Below are positions 1 to 9,531 of a stretch of DNA of 64,000 bases, in pieces (the stretch's first letter is position 1; every line of letters begins with the position of its first letter). Origin of the DNA: Psychrobacter sp. (GTDB taxonomy: Bacteria > Pseudomonadota > Gammaproteobacteria > Pseudomonadales > Moraxellaceae). The position numbers and the translations under genes are program-made. The notes beneath the pieces were generated by a model. The model was given only the letters and a program-made list of their open reading frames with translations, made no database searches and was not told the origin of the DNA. The stretch spans positions 61,871 to 125,870 of the forward strand of contig NZ_JBAQQF010000053.1 of assembly GCF_049295055.1 (NCBI RefSeq), written 5' to 3'.

Positions 1-394
1 GCGCAACGGTACCATCTAAAGCGTCCACGTACGATTTTCCTACCATAACAGGTGTCAGTCGCCAAATATAATCGGCGCATATACTGCCGACGTGCGGTGT
101 ACCAAGTGTCACGCAACGTCCAATCTGCCACTGTGGATAATGATAAACAAAATCACGAATGATAAGCCCGCCTAGACTATGACCAACAAGGTCTATAGGC
201 TGGTCAGGATGATGGTTTTTCTCAAGCCACTTATTAAGGCGCTCACTATTGGTTTGAATACCATCACGCATACTACGATAGCCATATTGATGCGTATCAA
301 GCCCCTGCGCCTGTAGGCGCTTAGCGAGCGGTCGCATAATCAATGCCGTCTGATGCAAGCCATGAACCAGAATAGTGCGGTTTTTTTGCTGCAT
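1..394 (-). CDS. alpha/beta-fold hydrolase (lipase/esterase-like), N-terminal ~131 codons; the gene runs off the window edge
   Basis: My own translation of the minus strand from ATG at 394-392 gives MQQKNRTILVHGLHQTALIMRPLAKRLQAQG...IDLVGHSLGGLIIRDFVYHYPQW...TLGTPHVGS. GHSLGG is a G-x-S-x-G nucleophile elbow and VHG an oxyanion-hole-type motif. It is absent from the ORF track because it is truncated. Confidence 0.7.
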   Translation of the reverse strand, partial: MQQKNRTILVHGLHQTALIMRPLAKRLQAQGLDTHQYGYRSMRDGIQTNSERLNKWLEKNHHPDQPIDLVGHSLGGLIIRDFVYHYPQWQIGRCVTLGTPHVGSICADYIWRLTPVMVGKSYVDALDGTVA

Positions 395-540
395 AATATT
401 GTCCAAAAGATATTTCAATCGAATTAAGCTAGCTTGTACTTTTATTATATTAAGCTTTTATAGCAGCTTTCAATACTGAAGGTACATAAATAACTGAATG
501 TAAATAAATAATGTATGACTGAATAATAAACAGAACAAAT

Positions 541-579
541 AAAAACCTCCAAATCAATAACTGACTTGGAGGTTTTTTT
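541..579 (-). terminator. Rho-independent terminator downstream of gcvP
   Basis: An 8-bp stem ACCTCCAA (545-552) / TTGGAGGT (566-573) is flanked by an A-run on one side and a T-run on the other. It lies about 45 nt after the gcvP stop. Confidence 0.6.
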
Positions 580-623
580 AAAACTTATAATAGACTATTC
601 AATAAATAGTCCGTTATTAAAGA

Positions 624-3524
624 CTACATATAGTTTTCGATACTTGGGCAAGAACACATTAAGTTCTTATCACCGTAAGCGTCATCAATACGACCAACGC
701 TTGGCCAGAACTTATTGTTACGAACATATGGTAATGGGAATGCGGCGACATCACGGCTATAAGGATGCGACCAGTCGCTGCCAGTAATCACAGCAGCGGT
801 ATGCGGTGCATTGACTAATGGATTATCCTCTAACGTCCAACCATCTTCGCCAGCTTTGGCTTTCATCGCTTCAGCTTTGATAGATTTCAGTGCACTGATG
901 AAGCGATCCAATTCTTCTTTTGATTCAGACTCAGTAGGCTCAATCATCAAGGTGCCTGATACTGGGAAGCTCATGGTTGGGGCATGGAAGCCATAATCCA
1001 TTAAGCGTTTTGCAATATCACTTTCACTGATGCCAGTTTCGTCTTTTAGTGGGCGAATATCGATGATACATTCGTGCGCCACACGGCCGTTTTTGCCCGC
1101 ATACAAGATAGGGTAGTCACCTTTAAGCTGATCAGCGACATAGTTAGCGTTTAATAATGCAAGATTGGTCGCTGCTAACAGACCGTCACGGCCCATCATA
1201 GCAATATACATCCAAGAGATTGGTAAAATGCTCGCTGAACCATAAGGCGCAGCTGACACGGCTGAGCAATCATTCTGTGCATTATGTACAGGAATGATTT
1301 TGTGGTTAGCAATAAACGGTGCCAAATGCGCTTGCATACCGATAGGACCCATACCTGGACCGCCACCGCCATGAGGAATACAGAAAGTTTTGTGCAAGTT
1401 CATATGCAATACATCAGCACCTACTTCCGCTGGTTGCATGATAGCGACCTGTGCGTTCATATTGGCGCCATCCATATAAACCTGACCACCATGCTTATGA
1501 ATCAAGTCACAAATTTTGCGGATACCTTCTTCAAAAACACCATGTGTTGATGGATAAGTAATCATCAACGCACCTAGATTGGCGCTGTGCTCTTCACATT
1601 TAGCCGTCAAGTCAGCAATATCAACGTTACCATTGTCATCGGTACTGACGACGACGACTTTCATACCCATCATGATGGCTGTTGCTGGATTGGTGCCATG
1701 AGCAGATTGTGGAATCAAGCAGATATCACGATTCATTTCACCTAATGACTCATGATAACGACGGATAGCAAGGATACCGGCATATTCACCAGAGGCACCA
1801 GAGTTTGGTTGCATAGAGATTTCATCAAAACCAGTAATGGCTTTAAGTTGCTCTTGCAAGCTATCAATCATCGCCACATAGCCAGTGACTTGATCGACTG
1901 GTGCAAAAGGATGAACATTCGCAAATTCAGGCCAAGTAATCGGAATCATTTCACTGGTTGCATTCAACTTCATGGTACAACTACCAAGGGCAATCATACT
2001 ACGGTTCATTGCTAAATCTTTATCTTCTAAAGATTTTAAATACCGTAGCATTTCATGTTCGGTATGATGCGAGTTAAATACTGGATGGCTTAAGATGTCA
2101 TCGGTACGTAAATGTGCCGCATCTAATGAAACGGTAGCCGCTTCTGGTAAGTCATGCGCTTTGCTGACGAATAATTGAGTTAAGACACTAAAGTCTTCTT
2201 GGTCACTGGTTTCACTAAAAGCAACGCCCAGTTTATTATTGCCAAGACGCCATAAGTTATAACCAACGTTGTCCGCATTTTCAAATATTTGTGTCGCAAG
2301 TTGCTCTGAACCACAATCAACCACCACGGTATCGAAAAATTGGTCGTGAACAACACTTAACTTATTATCACCATTGGCATTTTTGATAACATCAGCAAAA
2401 GCCGTAGCAAACGCATGAATACGCGTAGCAATCCGCTTAACGCCCGTTGGACCATGATAGACCGCATACATGCCGGCTAGATTGGCAAGTAATACTTGTG
2501 ACGTACAGATGTTTGAGTTGGCTTTTTCGCGGCGAATATGTTGCTCACGAGTTTGTAGCGCCATACGTAGAGCAGTATTGCCTTGCGCGTCTTTTGATAC
2601 GCCAATGATACGACCAGGTGCTGAGCGCTTGGCTTTATCAGAGAAGGCAAAGTAAGCGGCGTGTGGACCACCAAAGCCCATAGGAATACCAAAGCGCTGT
2701 GTGCTACCAAGTGCTACGTCTGCACCCATATCAGCAGGTGATTTTAATAATACTAAGCTCATGATGTCGCTGACAACTGAGGTATAAGTTTTATTTTCTT
2801 TCACTGCAGTGATAACGTCGGTTAAATCTTTAACATCGCCTTCTTGACCGACATATTGGAATAATGCGCCAAAGTAGTCGCCAGATTTAGCCAGTTCAAA
2901 ATCACCAACGACCACGTCAAAACCAAAGTATTTGGCACGAGTATGGATAACGTCTAGCGTTTGTGGATAAATGCGCTCATCAACAAAGAACTGGTTTGAT
3001 TTGCTTTTGCTCATGCGCTTTGACATGGCCATAGCTTCTGCAGCAGCCGTCGCTTCATCAAGTAATGAAGCACCAGCAAGCTCAAGACCCGTTAAATCAA
3101 TACAAACTTGTTGAAAGTTAAGCAAGGCTTCTAGACGACCTTGGGCGATTTCTGCTTGATAAGGAGTGTAAGCCGTATACCAGCCTGGGTTTTCTAACAC
3201 GTTACGTTGAATAACGGCTGGCATACGCACAGGCGAATAGCCTTGACCGATATAGCTTTTATTCACGGTAATATTGTCTGCCATCTTGCGTAATTTGGCG
3301 AGAGCAGCGTGCTCACTCATAGCAACTGGCAAATCTAATGCTTTATGCATGCGTACTGGCTCAGGAACCGTATCATCGATAAAGGTTGCCATGTCTTTAT
3401 AGCCAATAGCACTAAGCAGGTCAGCTTGTTTGGCATCATTGGAGCCAAGATGGCGATAAACAAATTCAGCTTCGTTGAACAAGCCTTTAAAGGTATCAAA
3501 CGTTGGGTTTTGAGAGATAGTCAT
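624..3524 (-). CDS. gcvP: glycine dehydrogenase (decarboxylating), glycine cleavage system P protein
   Basis: A 966-aa ORF of full single-chain P-protein length. It carries the PLP-lysine context LHMNLHKTFCIPHGGGGPGMGPIG and is clustered with gcvT and gcvH. Confidence 0.97.
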   Translation of the reverse strand: MTISQNPTFDTFKGLFNEAEFVYRHLGSNDAKQADLLSAIGYKDMATFIDDTVPEPVRMHKALDLPVAMSEHAALAKLRKMADNITVNKSYIGQGYSPVRMPAVIQRNVLENPGWYTAYTPYQAEIAQGRLEALLNFQQVCIDLTGLELAGASLLDEATAAAEAMAMSKRMSKSKSNQFFVDERIYPQTLDVIHTRAKYFGFDVVVGDFELAKSGDYFGALFQYVGQEGDVKDLTDVITAVKENKTYTSVVSDIMSLVLLKSPADMGADVALGSTQRFGIPMGFGGPHAAYFAFSDKAKRSAPGRIIGVSKDAQGNTALRMALQTREQHIRREKANSNICTSQVLLANLAGMYAVYHGPTGVKRIATRIHAFATAFADVIKNANGDNKLSVVHDQFFDTVVVDCGSEQLATQIFENADNVGYNLWRLGNNKLGVAFSETSDQEDFSVLTQLFVSKAHDLPEAATVSLDAAHLRTDDILSHPVFNSHHTEHEMLRYLKSLEDKDLAMNRSMIALGSCTMKLNATSEMIPITWPEFANVHPFAPVDQVTGYVAMIDSLQEQLKAITGFDEISMQPNSGASGEYAGILAIRRYHESLGEMNRDICLIPQSAHGTNPATAIMMGMKVVVVSTDDNGNVDIADLTAKCEEHSANLGALMITYPSTHGVFEEGIRKICDLIHKHGGQVYMDGANMNAQVAIMQPAEVGADVLHMNLHKTFCIPHGGGGPGMGPIGMQAHLAPFIANHKIIPVHNAQNDCSAVSAAPYGSASILPISWMYIAMMGRDGLLAATNLALLNANYVADQLKGDYPILYAGKNGRVAHECIIDIRPLKDETGISESDIAKRLMDYGFHAPTMSFPVSGTLMIEPTESESKEELDRFISALKSIKAEAMKAKAGEDGWTLEDNPLVNAPHTAAVITGSDWSHPYSRDVAAFPLPYVRNNKFWPSVGRIDDAYGDKNLMCSCPSIENYM

Positions 3525-3592
3525 GATAATCCTTGCAAAAGGGTGATAAAAGAGATGGCTATAATAAATAATAAAAAGAATAACTTAATGAA

Positions 3593-4375
3593 TTAAACGT
3601 AATGGACGAACTGGTCTTGATCAAAACGAAACTGGGTGTTGTAAACGCCATTATCAGCACGCTCGCCCGCACCAATCATCATAACGATATGATGATCGTC
3701 GCCTAATTTTAACAAGCGTTTCATCGCAGGTTCATCAAAACCGCCCATCGGACAGCTATCAAAGCCGTGTGCTCGCAGTGCCAGCATCAAGTTTTCGGCA
3801 GCTAATGAGGTGTTATTAGTTGCCCAGTTTTTGGTATCTTCAAAGGTATAATAAGGCGATTTAATTGGACCTTTGACGCGTCTGACCACTTGAGTTGCAC
3901 CCCATTTAGCAGCTGATATCACATTGGCTGGCCCACGCAAAAAGTCCATGGCAACGACTTTGGTATAGTAGTCTTTCACTTTTTTTGGCACAGGAGTATC
4001 AGGATATTCACGTAGAATCTGTTTAGCATGGTCGTGCCAAACGTCAGTACGAGCAACGACAGCGATTAAGCGTGCTGATGTTTTTGCCGCATTTTGATTC
4101 ATGCAGTTTTTGACCGCACGTTTGCGCTTATCTGCATCATTAATGACGTAAAACTCCCACGGCTGTAGATTGCTAGAGTTTGGCGCTAGCATAGCCAGAC
4201 GCAGACAGTCTGCTAACACATCGTCAGGTATCGGTGTATCCGTAAAACGGCGTACCGAACGGCGTGACTCTACTATGTCGCGAAACGCTTGTAGCTGTGG
4301 CGTATTATCGGGGGTGGCAATGTTTGCTTGAGAGTTTGCTTGATTATCAGTGTCAGGAGTCATATTAGGATCCAT
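3593..4375 (-). CDS. nitroreductase-family protein
   Basis: A 260-aa ORF with RRSVRRFTDTPIPDDVLADCLRLAMLAPNSSNLQPWEFYVI, typical of the FMN nitroreductase fold. The start could be the downstream Met (MTPDTD). Confidence 0.85.
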   Translation of the reverse strand: MDPNMTPDTDNQANSQANIATPDNTPQLQAFRDIVESRRSVRRFTDTPIPDDVLADCLRLAMLAPNSSNLQPWEFYVINDADKRKRAVKNCMNQNAAKTSARLIAVVARTDVWHDHAKQILREYPDTPVPKKVKDYYTKVVAMDFLRGPANVISAAKWGATQVVRRVKGPIKSPYYTFEDTKNWATNNTSLAAENLMLALRAHGFDSCPMGGFDEPAMKRLLKLGDDHHIVMMIGAGERADNGVYNTQFRFDQDQFVHYV

Positions 4376-4522
4376 GCTGAGGAGTGAGTAATCAACTTAG
4401 TCATTATTGAGGGCACTTTTCAATATTATCTGACCAGTGATTAATACGAATAAATCAGATAGCGATTGAGAGCAATAGTATCGAGTAGTGATAATTCTGG
4501 TAATAGCTTTTACAATAAATCA

Positions 4523-4552
4523 TATAGATACCAGCTGACGCAAGTATCTATA
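4523..4552 (-). terminator. hairpin between gcvH and the nitroreductase gene (possible terminator or attenuator)
   Basis: A 9-bp perfect stem TATAGATAC (4523-4531) / GTATCTATA (4544-4552) with a 12-nt loop. On the minus strand it is followed by a U-rich stretch (UGAUUUAUUGU). It lies 72 nt after the gcvH stop. Confidence 0.3.
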
Positions 4553-4623
4553 GTTGTCATTTACCTCTATAAAACAGCAATGCTAAGATTAAATGCTGCT
4601 TTTAAGAAAGCGTAAGACTAATA

Positions 4624-5004
4624 TTACAGCTCGTTTTCGTACTCGTCAGCTGTTAGCAGTGCTTCATAATCAGCCATGTTATCAGGCTTCATTCTAAAGA
4701 ACCAACCTTCACCGTATGGATCAGAGTTGATGATTTCTGGATCTTCTTCTAATGCTTCGTTGATGGCAACGACTTCACCTGAGATAGGCGCATAAACGTC
4801 AGAAGCGGCTTTTACTGATTCAACCACTGAGATTTCGTCATCAACAGCGATGATGTCACCCACGTCTGGTAATTCAACAAATACCACATCACCCAATAGG
4901 TCTTGAGCATGGTCAGTGATACCAACAGTGATAGTACCGTCGTCTTCTAAGCGTAACCACTCATGGCTGGCAATGTATTTTAGTTCTGCTGGGATATTAC
5001 TCAT
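4624..5004 (-). CDS. gcvH: glycine cleavage system H protein
   Basis: A 126-aa ORF with the lipoyl-lysine motif [18 protein letters not shown]. Confidence 0.95.
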   Translation of the reverse strand: MSNIPAELKYIASHEWLRLEDDGTITVGITDHAQDLLGDVVFVELPDVGDIIAVDDEISVVESVKAASDVYAPISGEVVAINEALEEDPEIINSDPYGEGWFFRMKPDNMADYEALLTADEYENEL

Positions 5005-5084
5005 GGTCTCTCTCCTAAGTGATAGAGGTTAATTAATAAAATTAATTAATAAAAAAAGAAAGCTAATAATAGTGTTTATGATGC

Positions 5085-6263
5085 CTATGCGTCAAATTGC
5101 TGCTTGCCATTACGGACAAACGGTAGCTTAAGAACGCGCACATCAACGAATTTACCTTTGCCGCGTAAATCAATTTGCACATTGTCATCGTCTGCTAGGG
5201 TAGCAGGAACACGGGCGATGGCGATAGAGTTTTTGAGGCTAGGAGAGAAAGTACCACTGGTAATGATACCTTTTTGCTCTTTATCAGACCCTTGATTGAT
5301 GGTCACTTCCATACCTTCACGTAATACGCCACGGCTGGTCATTAATAGACCGACTTGTTTCATCGCGGTGTTGTCATCTTTGGCTTGCTTACGTTTACTA
5401 ACAAGTGCTTCGCGACCAATAAAGTCACGCTCATCTTTGAGGGCAAGTGTCCAACCCATGTTTGATTCGTAAGGGCTGATGCTCTCATCCATATCATGAC
5501 CATAAAGGTTCATACCTGCTTCCATACGCAAGGTATCACGAGCGCCAAGACCGGCAGGTTTTATGCCATTGGCTTTTAATTGCTCAAAGAATGCTGGTGC
5601 GTCATCACCGTGCATGATGACTTCGACGCCATCTTCACCAGTGTAGCCAGTACGAGCGACAAACCAATCTTTGCCTTCGATATTGGTTAAGTCAGCACCA
5701 ACAAAAGGCTTGATCGCTGCTAACGTATCCGCCCAGCTAGGTTTGACTTGTGCCAGTTTTTCAACGGCATTGGGTCCTTGAACGGCAAGCATAGCAAGCT
5801 CTGTACGCTCAGTTAACGACACATCATAGTCTGCCGCAGTTTTTTCAAAATGTGCCATGTCTTTATCGCGTGTGCCAGCATTTGATACGATACGGTATTG
5901 CGTTTCTTCGCTATTCGATAAATAAACGATTAAGTCATCGATGATGCCGCCTTGCTCATTTAGCATAGGAGAATATAAGGCTTTACCAACCGTTTTTAGC
6001 TTGTCGACATCATTGGCCAATAATTTCTGCAGCCACGCTTTACTGTCTGCGCCTTGCACATCAACAATGACCATATGTGAGACATCAAACATACCTGCAT
6101 CGCTACGTACTGCTTCATGTTCTTCGATTTGTGAGCCGTAATGAATAGGCAATTCCCAGCCAGAAAAATCTACCAGTTTGCCATCACTATCGACGTGAGA
6201 CTGGTAAAGGGGAGTGCGTTGAGGGGCTTGGGTGCTAGTATTTTGGCTATTGGTATCAGTCAT
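5085..6263 (-). CDS. gcvT: aminomethyltransferase, glycine cleavage system T protein
   Basis: A 392-aa ORF with [30 protein letters not shown] and [18 protein letters not shown]. It is the first gene after the glycine riboswitch. Confidence 0.95.
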   Translation of the reverse strand: MTDTNSQNTSTQAPQRTPLYQSHVDSDGKLVDFSGWELPIHYGSQIEEHEAVRSDAGMFDVSHMVIVDVQGADSKAWLQKLLANDVDKLKTVGKALYSPMLNEQGGIIDDLIVYLSNSEETQYRIVSNAGTRDKDMAHFEKTAADYDVSLTERTELAMLAVQGPNAVEKLAQVKPSWADTLAAIKPFVGADLTNIEGKDWFVARTGYTGEDGVEVIMHGDDAPAFFEQLKANGIKPAGLGARDTLRMEAGMNLYGHDMDESISPYESNMGWTLALKDERDFIGREALVSKRKQAKDDNTAMKQVGLLMTSRGVLREGMEVTINQGSDKEQKGIITSGTFSPSLKNSIAIARVPATLADDDNVQIDLRGKGKFVDVRVLKLPFVRNGKQQFDA

Positions 6264-6460
6264 AACAAATCCTTATGGATACATCATTCGTACTCGATAA
6301 CCAGTAGTAAAAACAAGTATCGAAGTATGAGGGTCGATGCACATTATCATAGTAGCGAGAAGCAATATTGCAGGGTGCAAGCATTGCAACCAAGAGTAGT
6401 ACAGAAAAAAGATAAAACTATCCACCAAACAGACGCTAAACGTCGGTTTAGGCAAAAGCC

Positions 6461-6785
6461 CTATCTGTCCTGTAACCTGAGATTTTCAACACGAATCATT
6501 GTCTATATATGTTCAATATAGCACTAATGATAACGTATTTTCTCCCCTTCGGTGGGTAAGACGTCGTCCGCCTTTACCGCTCTCCAGATTTGTTATGCCT
6601 TATGTTTGAGTGTAATGCGCGATTGACGGCACACTACTAAACCATAATGACATGTGTTTTTCAGTCCTTTTACCTGAGCGATTGGCAGGGTGTATGCGCC
6701 TTCGGTGGTCGAATGGCAATCAATATATCGTATGACCAATGCAGTTTAATACGATATCAACGCCTAAAGACTCTCTCCTGAAAAA
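6461..6785 (-). promoter_or_regulatory. tandem glycine riboswitch (two aptamers) in the gcvT leader
   Basis: On the minus strand, aptamer 1 reads CAGGAGAGAG...CCACCGAAGGCGCA...CUCAGGUAAAAGGACUG (about 6785-6661). Aptamer 2 reads CUGGAGAGCGG...CCACCGAAGGGGAGAA...CUCAGGUUACAGGACAG (about 6590-6463). Both match the conserved GGAGAG / CACCGAAGG / CUCAGG..AGGAC cores, and the element sits directly upstream of gcvT. Confidence 0.8.
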
Positions 6786-7027
6786 CGCTTTTATTATGAA
6801 AGGTTCACAGCATTTTTACAAGTCATCAAAGGTATCAAAGTGAATAATTTTGGCAAAAATGATTTTTTATGATGCTAATCGGTCAAAGTGTAGAGAAATA
6901 AAGCATTTTTATGTCTATGGTAGTGCATAGCTTGTAAAGCGATTTACCATATCAAAACGTAAAGCGACTAATGATATTAGCTTGAAATATGCTAATCTAT
7001 GACCATAGTTTCTGATAGGTTATTCTT

Positions 7028-7348
7028 ATGCATTGCGATATTTATAAATTCCCTAAACATAACGACATGTATGTCTATGTTGCGCGTCCTGATTATCCTA
7101 ACGATACCGACGAGATTAAGGATTGGCTAGGCGTTTTACCAAAAGATTTTCGTGCCAGCTTAGGTCGTAGTGAATTTGTCATGCATTTGGATTTGGCGGC
7201 CACGCCAACGCTTGCTCGTGTCGACAAAGAAGAGGTATTGGCAAAATTACAGTCACAAGGGTATTTTGTACAAATGCCACCCCAAGACGTCATGCGTCGC
7301 CAAGCAGAGTTGCGTGCGCGCGAAGCCCAAGACAATATTTATGATTAG
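7028..7348 (+). CDS. YcgL-domain protein
   Basis: A 106-aa ORF. MHCDIYKFPKHNDMYVYVARPD...LQSQGYFVQMPP resembles the E. coli YcgL pattern (CxIYrS.k....YLYV...GyylQlPP), from memory. Confidence 0.7.
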   Translation: MHCDIYKFPKHNDMYVYVARPDYPNDTDEIKDWLGVLPKDFRASLGRSEFVMHLDLAATPTLARVDKEEVLAKLQSQGYFVQMPPQDVMRRQAELRAREAQDNIYD

Positions 7349-7618
7349 GGTGTATATTTAAAAGCGGTTATTGCTAAATAACTTTAGGATTTCGTCTTTA
7401 ATTTCTTATTTAAAAGTCATGCAATAAAAAATATACTTAACATCGGCTGGTATGCATTTTTGTAGATAGTCGTGATAAACTAATAGCCTATTAAGTGTTG
7501 AATGTGAATGATATGTTGGCGGTATTTATAGTCAAACGGTATATACCGTGTAGCTTTAAAAAAACGCTGAACATAAAAACGTGACGCACAATCTATAAAC
7601 GCAGGTAATAAAACACGC

Positions 7619-8296
7619 ATGGACTGGTTAAAAAATCTCTTACACAGCTTACCGCTGGAAGCCATCAGTGACATTCTCGGTGAGATTGCTATTTGGTGGG
7701 GGCAGCTGGTAAAAGACGTGCCACCGGCCGACTTACCGATGTATGCGTATCTTGGCGGTGTCATTATCGTGTTGATACTTTGGGTACTAGTCGCTCGCGT
7801 ATTGCCACGGCCATTAGGTGGTATGAGCTGGATGATATTGTTTGCCGTTCTGCTCGCTCCGGGGACTGCACTTGGTGATCCGAGTGTGATTGCACCGGCT
7901 AGTATCAGTGTCGTCTATGCGATTATGATGAAAGACACGGCTGGCGCGATTGCTAATTTGTCACCCATATTAGTAGTGCTGGTAGTAGGCTTGTTTGTTG
8001 GCTTTGTTTGGCAGCTCATTCGCGGAGCATTTGAGTCAAGTTTAGATAAAGCGCGTCGCCGTACTTCTGAGGATACGCAAGCTAATATGCAGCTGGCGAC
8101 CGGTAACTATATGGCAGAAAGTGCGACTTTAACGGAAACCTCTGAATTAAATGACAAGTCTAACTTAATCCAGCAGCCCAATAGTACGCCTTTGGCAGCT
8201 AAACCTGAAACAGAGATCAGCTTAAAAAAAGGCAGTTCGAAAATAGATAGTATTTTCGCTAAAAAACGGGATGCAAAAAAACCTGATAAGCGGTAA
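7619..8296 (+). CDS. hypothetical membrane protein
   Basis: A 225-aa ORF with about 4 hydrophobic helices, then a polar Lys-rich tail. It is followed by a terminator. I recognise no family. Confidence 0.6.
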   Translation: MDWLKNLLHSLPLEAISDILGEIAIWWGQLVKDVPPADLPMYAYLGGVIIVLILWVLVARVLPRPLGGMSWMILFAVLLAPGTALGDPSVIAPASISVVYAIMMKDTAGAIANLSPILVVLVVGLFVGFVWQLIRGAFESSLDKARRRTSEDTQANMQLATGNYMAESATLTETSELNDKSNLIQQPNSTPLAAKPETEISLKKGSSKIDSIFAKKRDAKKPDKR

Positions 8297-8354
8297 AACG
8301 AGATTGAAATATCAATAAAGACAATGAGATTTTGTCTTTATTGATAAATAGAAT

Positions 8355-8380
8355 AAAAGACACCGTGAGTGTCTTTTTTT
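8355..8380 (+). terminator. Rho-independent terminator
   Basis: Stem AAGACAC (8357-8363) / GTGTCTT (8369-8375), loop CGTGA, then a T-run to 8380. A second, longer hairpin lies just upstream (8311-8345, ATCAATAAAGACAA / TTGTCTTTATTGAT). Confidence 0.6.
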
Positions 8381-8586
8381 ATGCGTCATAAGTATTGTGA
8401 AGTTATTAGATCTATAAATTGCGTCTTTTTGACAGGTCTTGAGTATAAGGAATTGCGAACGCATGAGTATTTTGGCAATCAACAAGGCTGTGCTAACCTA
8501 AATGATTATTTATCATCCATCGATTACCTATAAACCTTTTATTACTCTTAAATCCTTTAACGTATAACAATAACTGAGATTTCATT

Positions 8587-9450
8587 ATGACTACAACGGA
8601 TAAAACGAAGAAAAAATTTACTGGTACACAAAGCTATATCGCTACTGATGATTTACAATTAGCTGTCAATGCGGCGATGACGTTACAAAAACCGTTGCTG
8701 ATCAAAGGTGAGCCGGGTACCGGTAAGACATTGCTGGCTGAAGAGGTTGCTGAGAGTTTAGGTATGCCACTGATTACATGGCATATTAAATCGACTACCA
8801 AAGCAGAGCAGGGACTGTATGAATACGACGCGGTATCGCGTTTGCGTGATTCGCAAATGGGTGACGATAAGGTGTATGAGATTGGCAACTATATCAAACC
8901 GGGTAAGTTATGGGATGCCTTTACCAGTAAAGAGCGTAGCGTATTATTGATTGACGAGATTGATAAGGCGGATATTGAGTTCCCGAATGACTTGTTGCAT
9001 GAGCTTGATAAGATGTCTTTTTATGTTTATGAGACGGGCGAGACCATTACCGCTGAGCAGCGCCCTGTGGTCATTATCACCTCAAACAATGAAAAAGAGC
9101 TGCCGGATGCATTTTTACGTCGCTGTTTCTTCCATTATATCGATTTCCCAGAAGAAGAAACCATGCGCCAAATTATTGAGGTGCATTTTCCTAATATTCA
9201 AGAAAAACTGGTCAATGATGCGCTCGATATTTTTTACAAATTACGTAACGTTCAAGGACTTAAAAAGCCGCCGTCAACCTCTGAATTGGTCGATTGGTTA
9301 ACGCTATTGCTTGCTGATGATATGGCGCAAGCAGAATTAGAAGAAAACTTGCGTGGTGAAAAGTCTATTCCACCGTTATACGGTGCGCTGCTTAAAAACG
9401 AAGCCGATGTGAATCTATTGCAGCGTTTTGCCAATATGATGCGTCGTTAA
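8587..9450 (+). CDS. MoxR/CoxD-like AAA+ ATPase
   Basis: A 287-aa ORF with Walker A GEPGTGKT and Walker B VLLIDEIDKA. It is paired with a downstream VWA protein. Confidence 0.9.
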   Translation: MTTTDKTKKKFTGTQSYIATDDLQLAVNAAMTLQKPLLIKGEPGTGKTLLAEEVAESLGMPLITWHIKSTTKAEQGLYEYDAVSRLRDSQMGDDKVYEIGNYIKPGKLWDAFTSKERSVLLIDEIDKADIEFPNDLLHELDKMSFYVYETGETITAEQRPVVIITSNNEKELPDAFLRRCFFHYIDFPEEETMRQIIEVHFPNIQEKLVNDALDIFYKLRNVQGLKKPPSTSELVDWLTLLLADDMAQAELEENLRGEKSIPPLYGALLKNEADVNLLQRFANMMRR

Positions 9451-9531
9451 GCGTAAGCTTTGCAGCGAAGATTGAAGCTTAGGCAAACGTTTAAATATTA
9501 ATCATATCAGCCAATAAGTGATGCGACTCTT

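Noticed and set aside
6141-6521. 126-aa plus-strand ORF (with the nested 6273-6455 minus-strand ORF).
   Set aside because: It overlaps the gcvT 5' end in antisense and the riboswitch expression platform. The composition is not protein-like and there is no RBS.
7480-7764. 94-aa minus-strand ORF.
   Set aside because: It overlaps the start of the 225-aa membrane protein gene on the other strand, has no RBS, and has odd composition.
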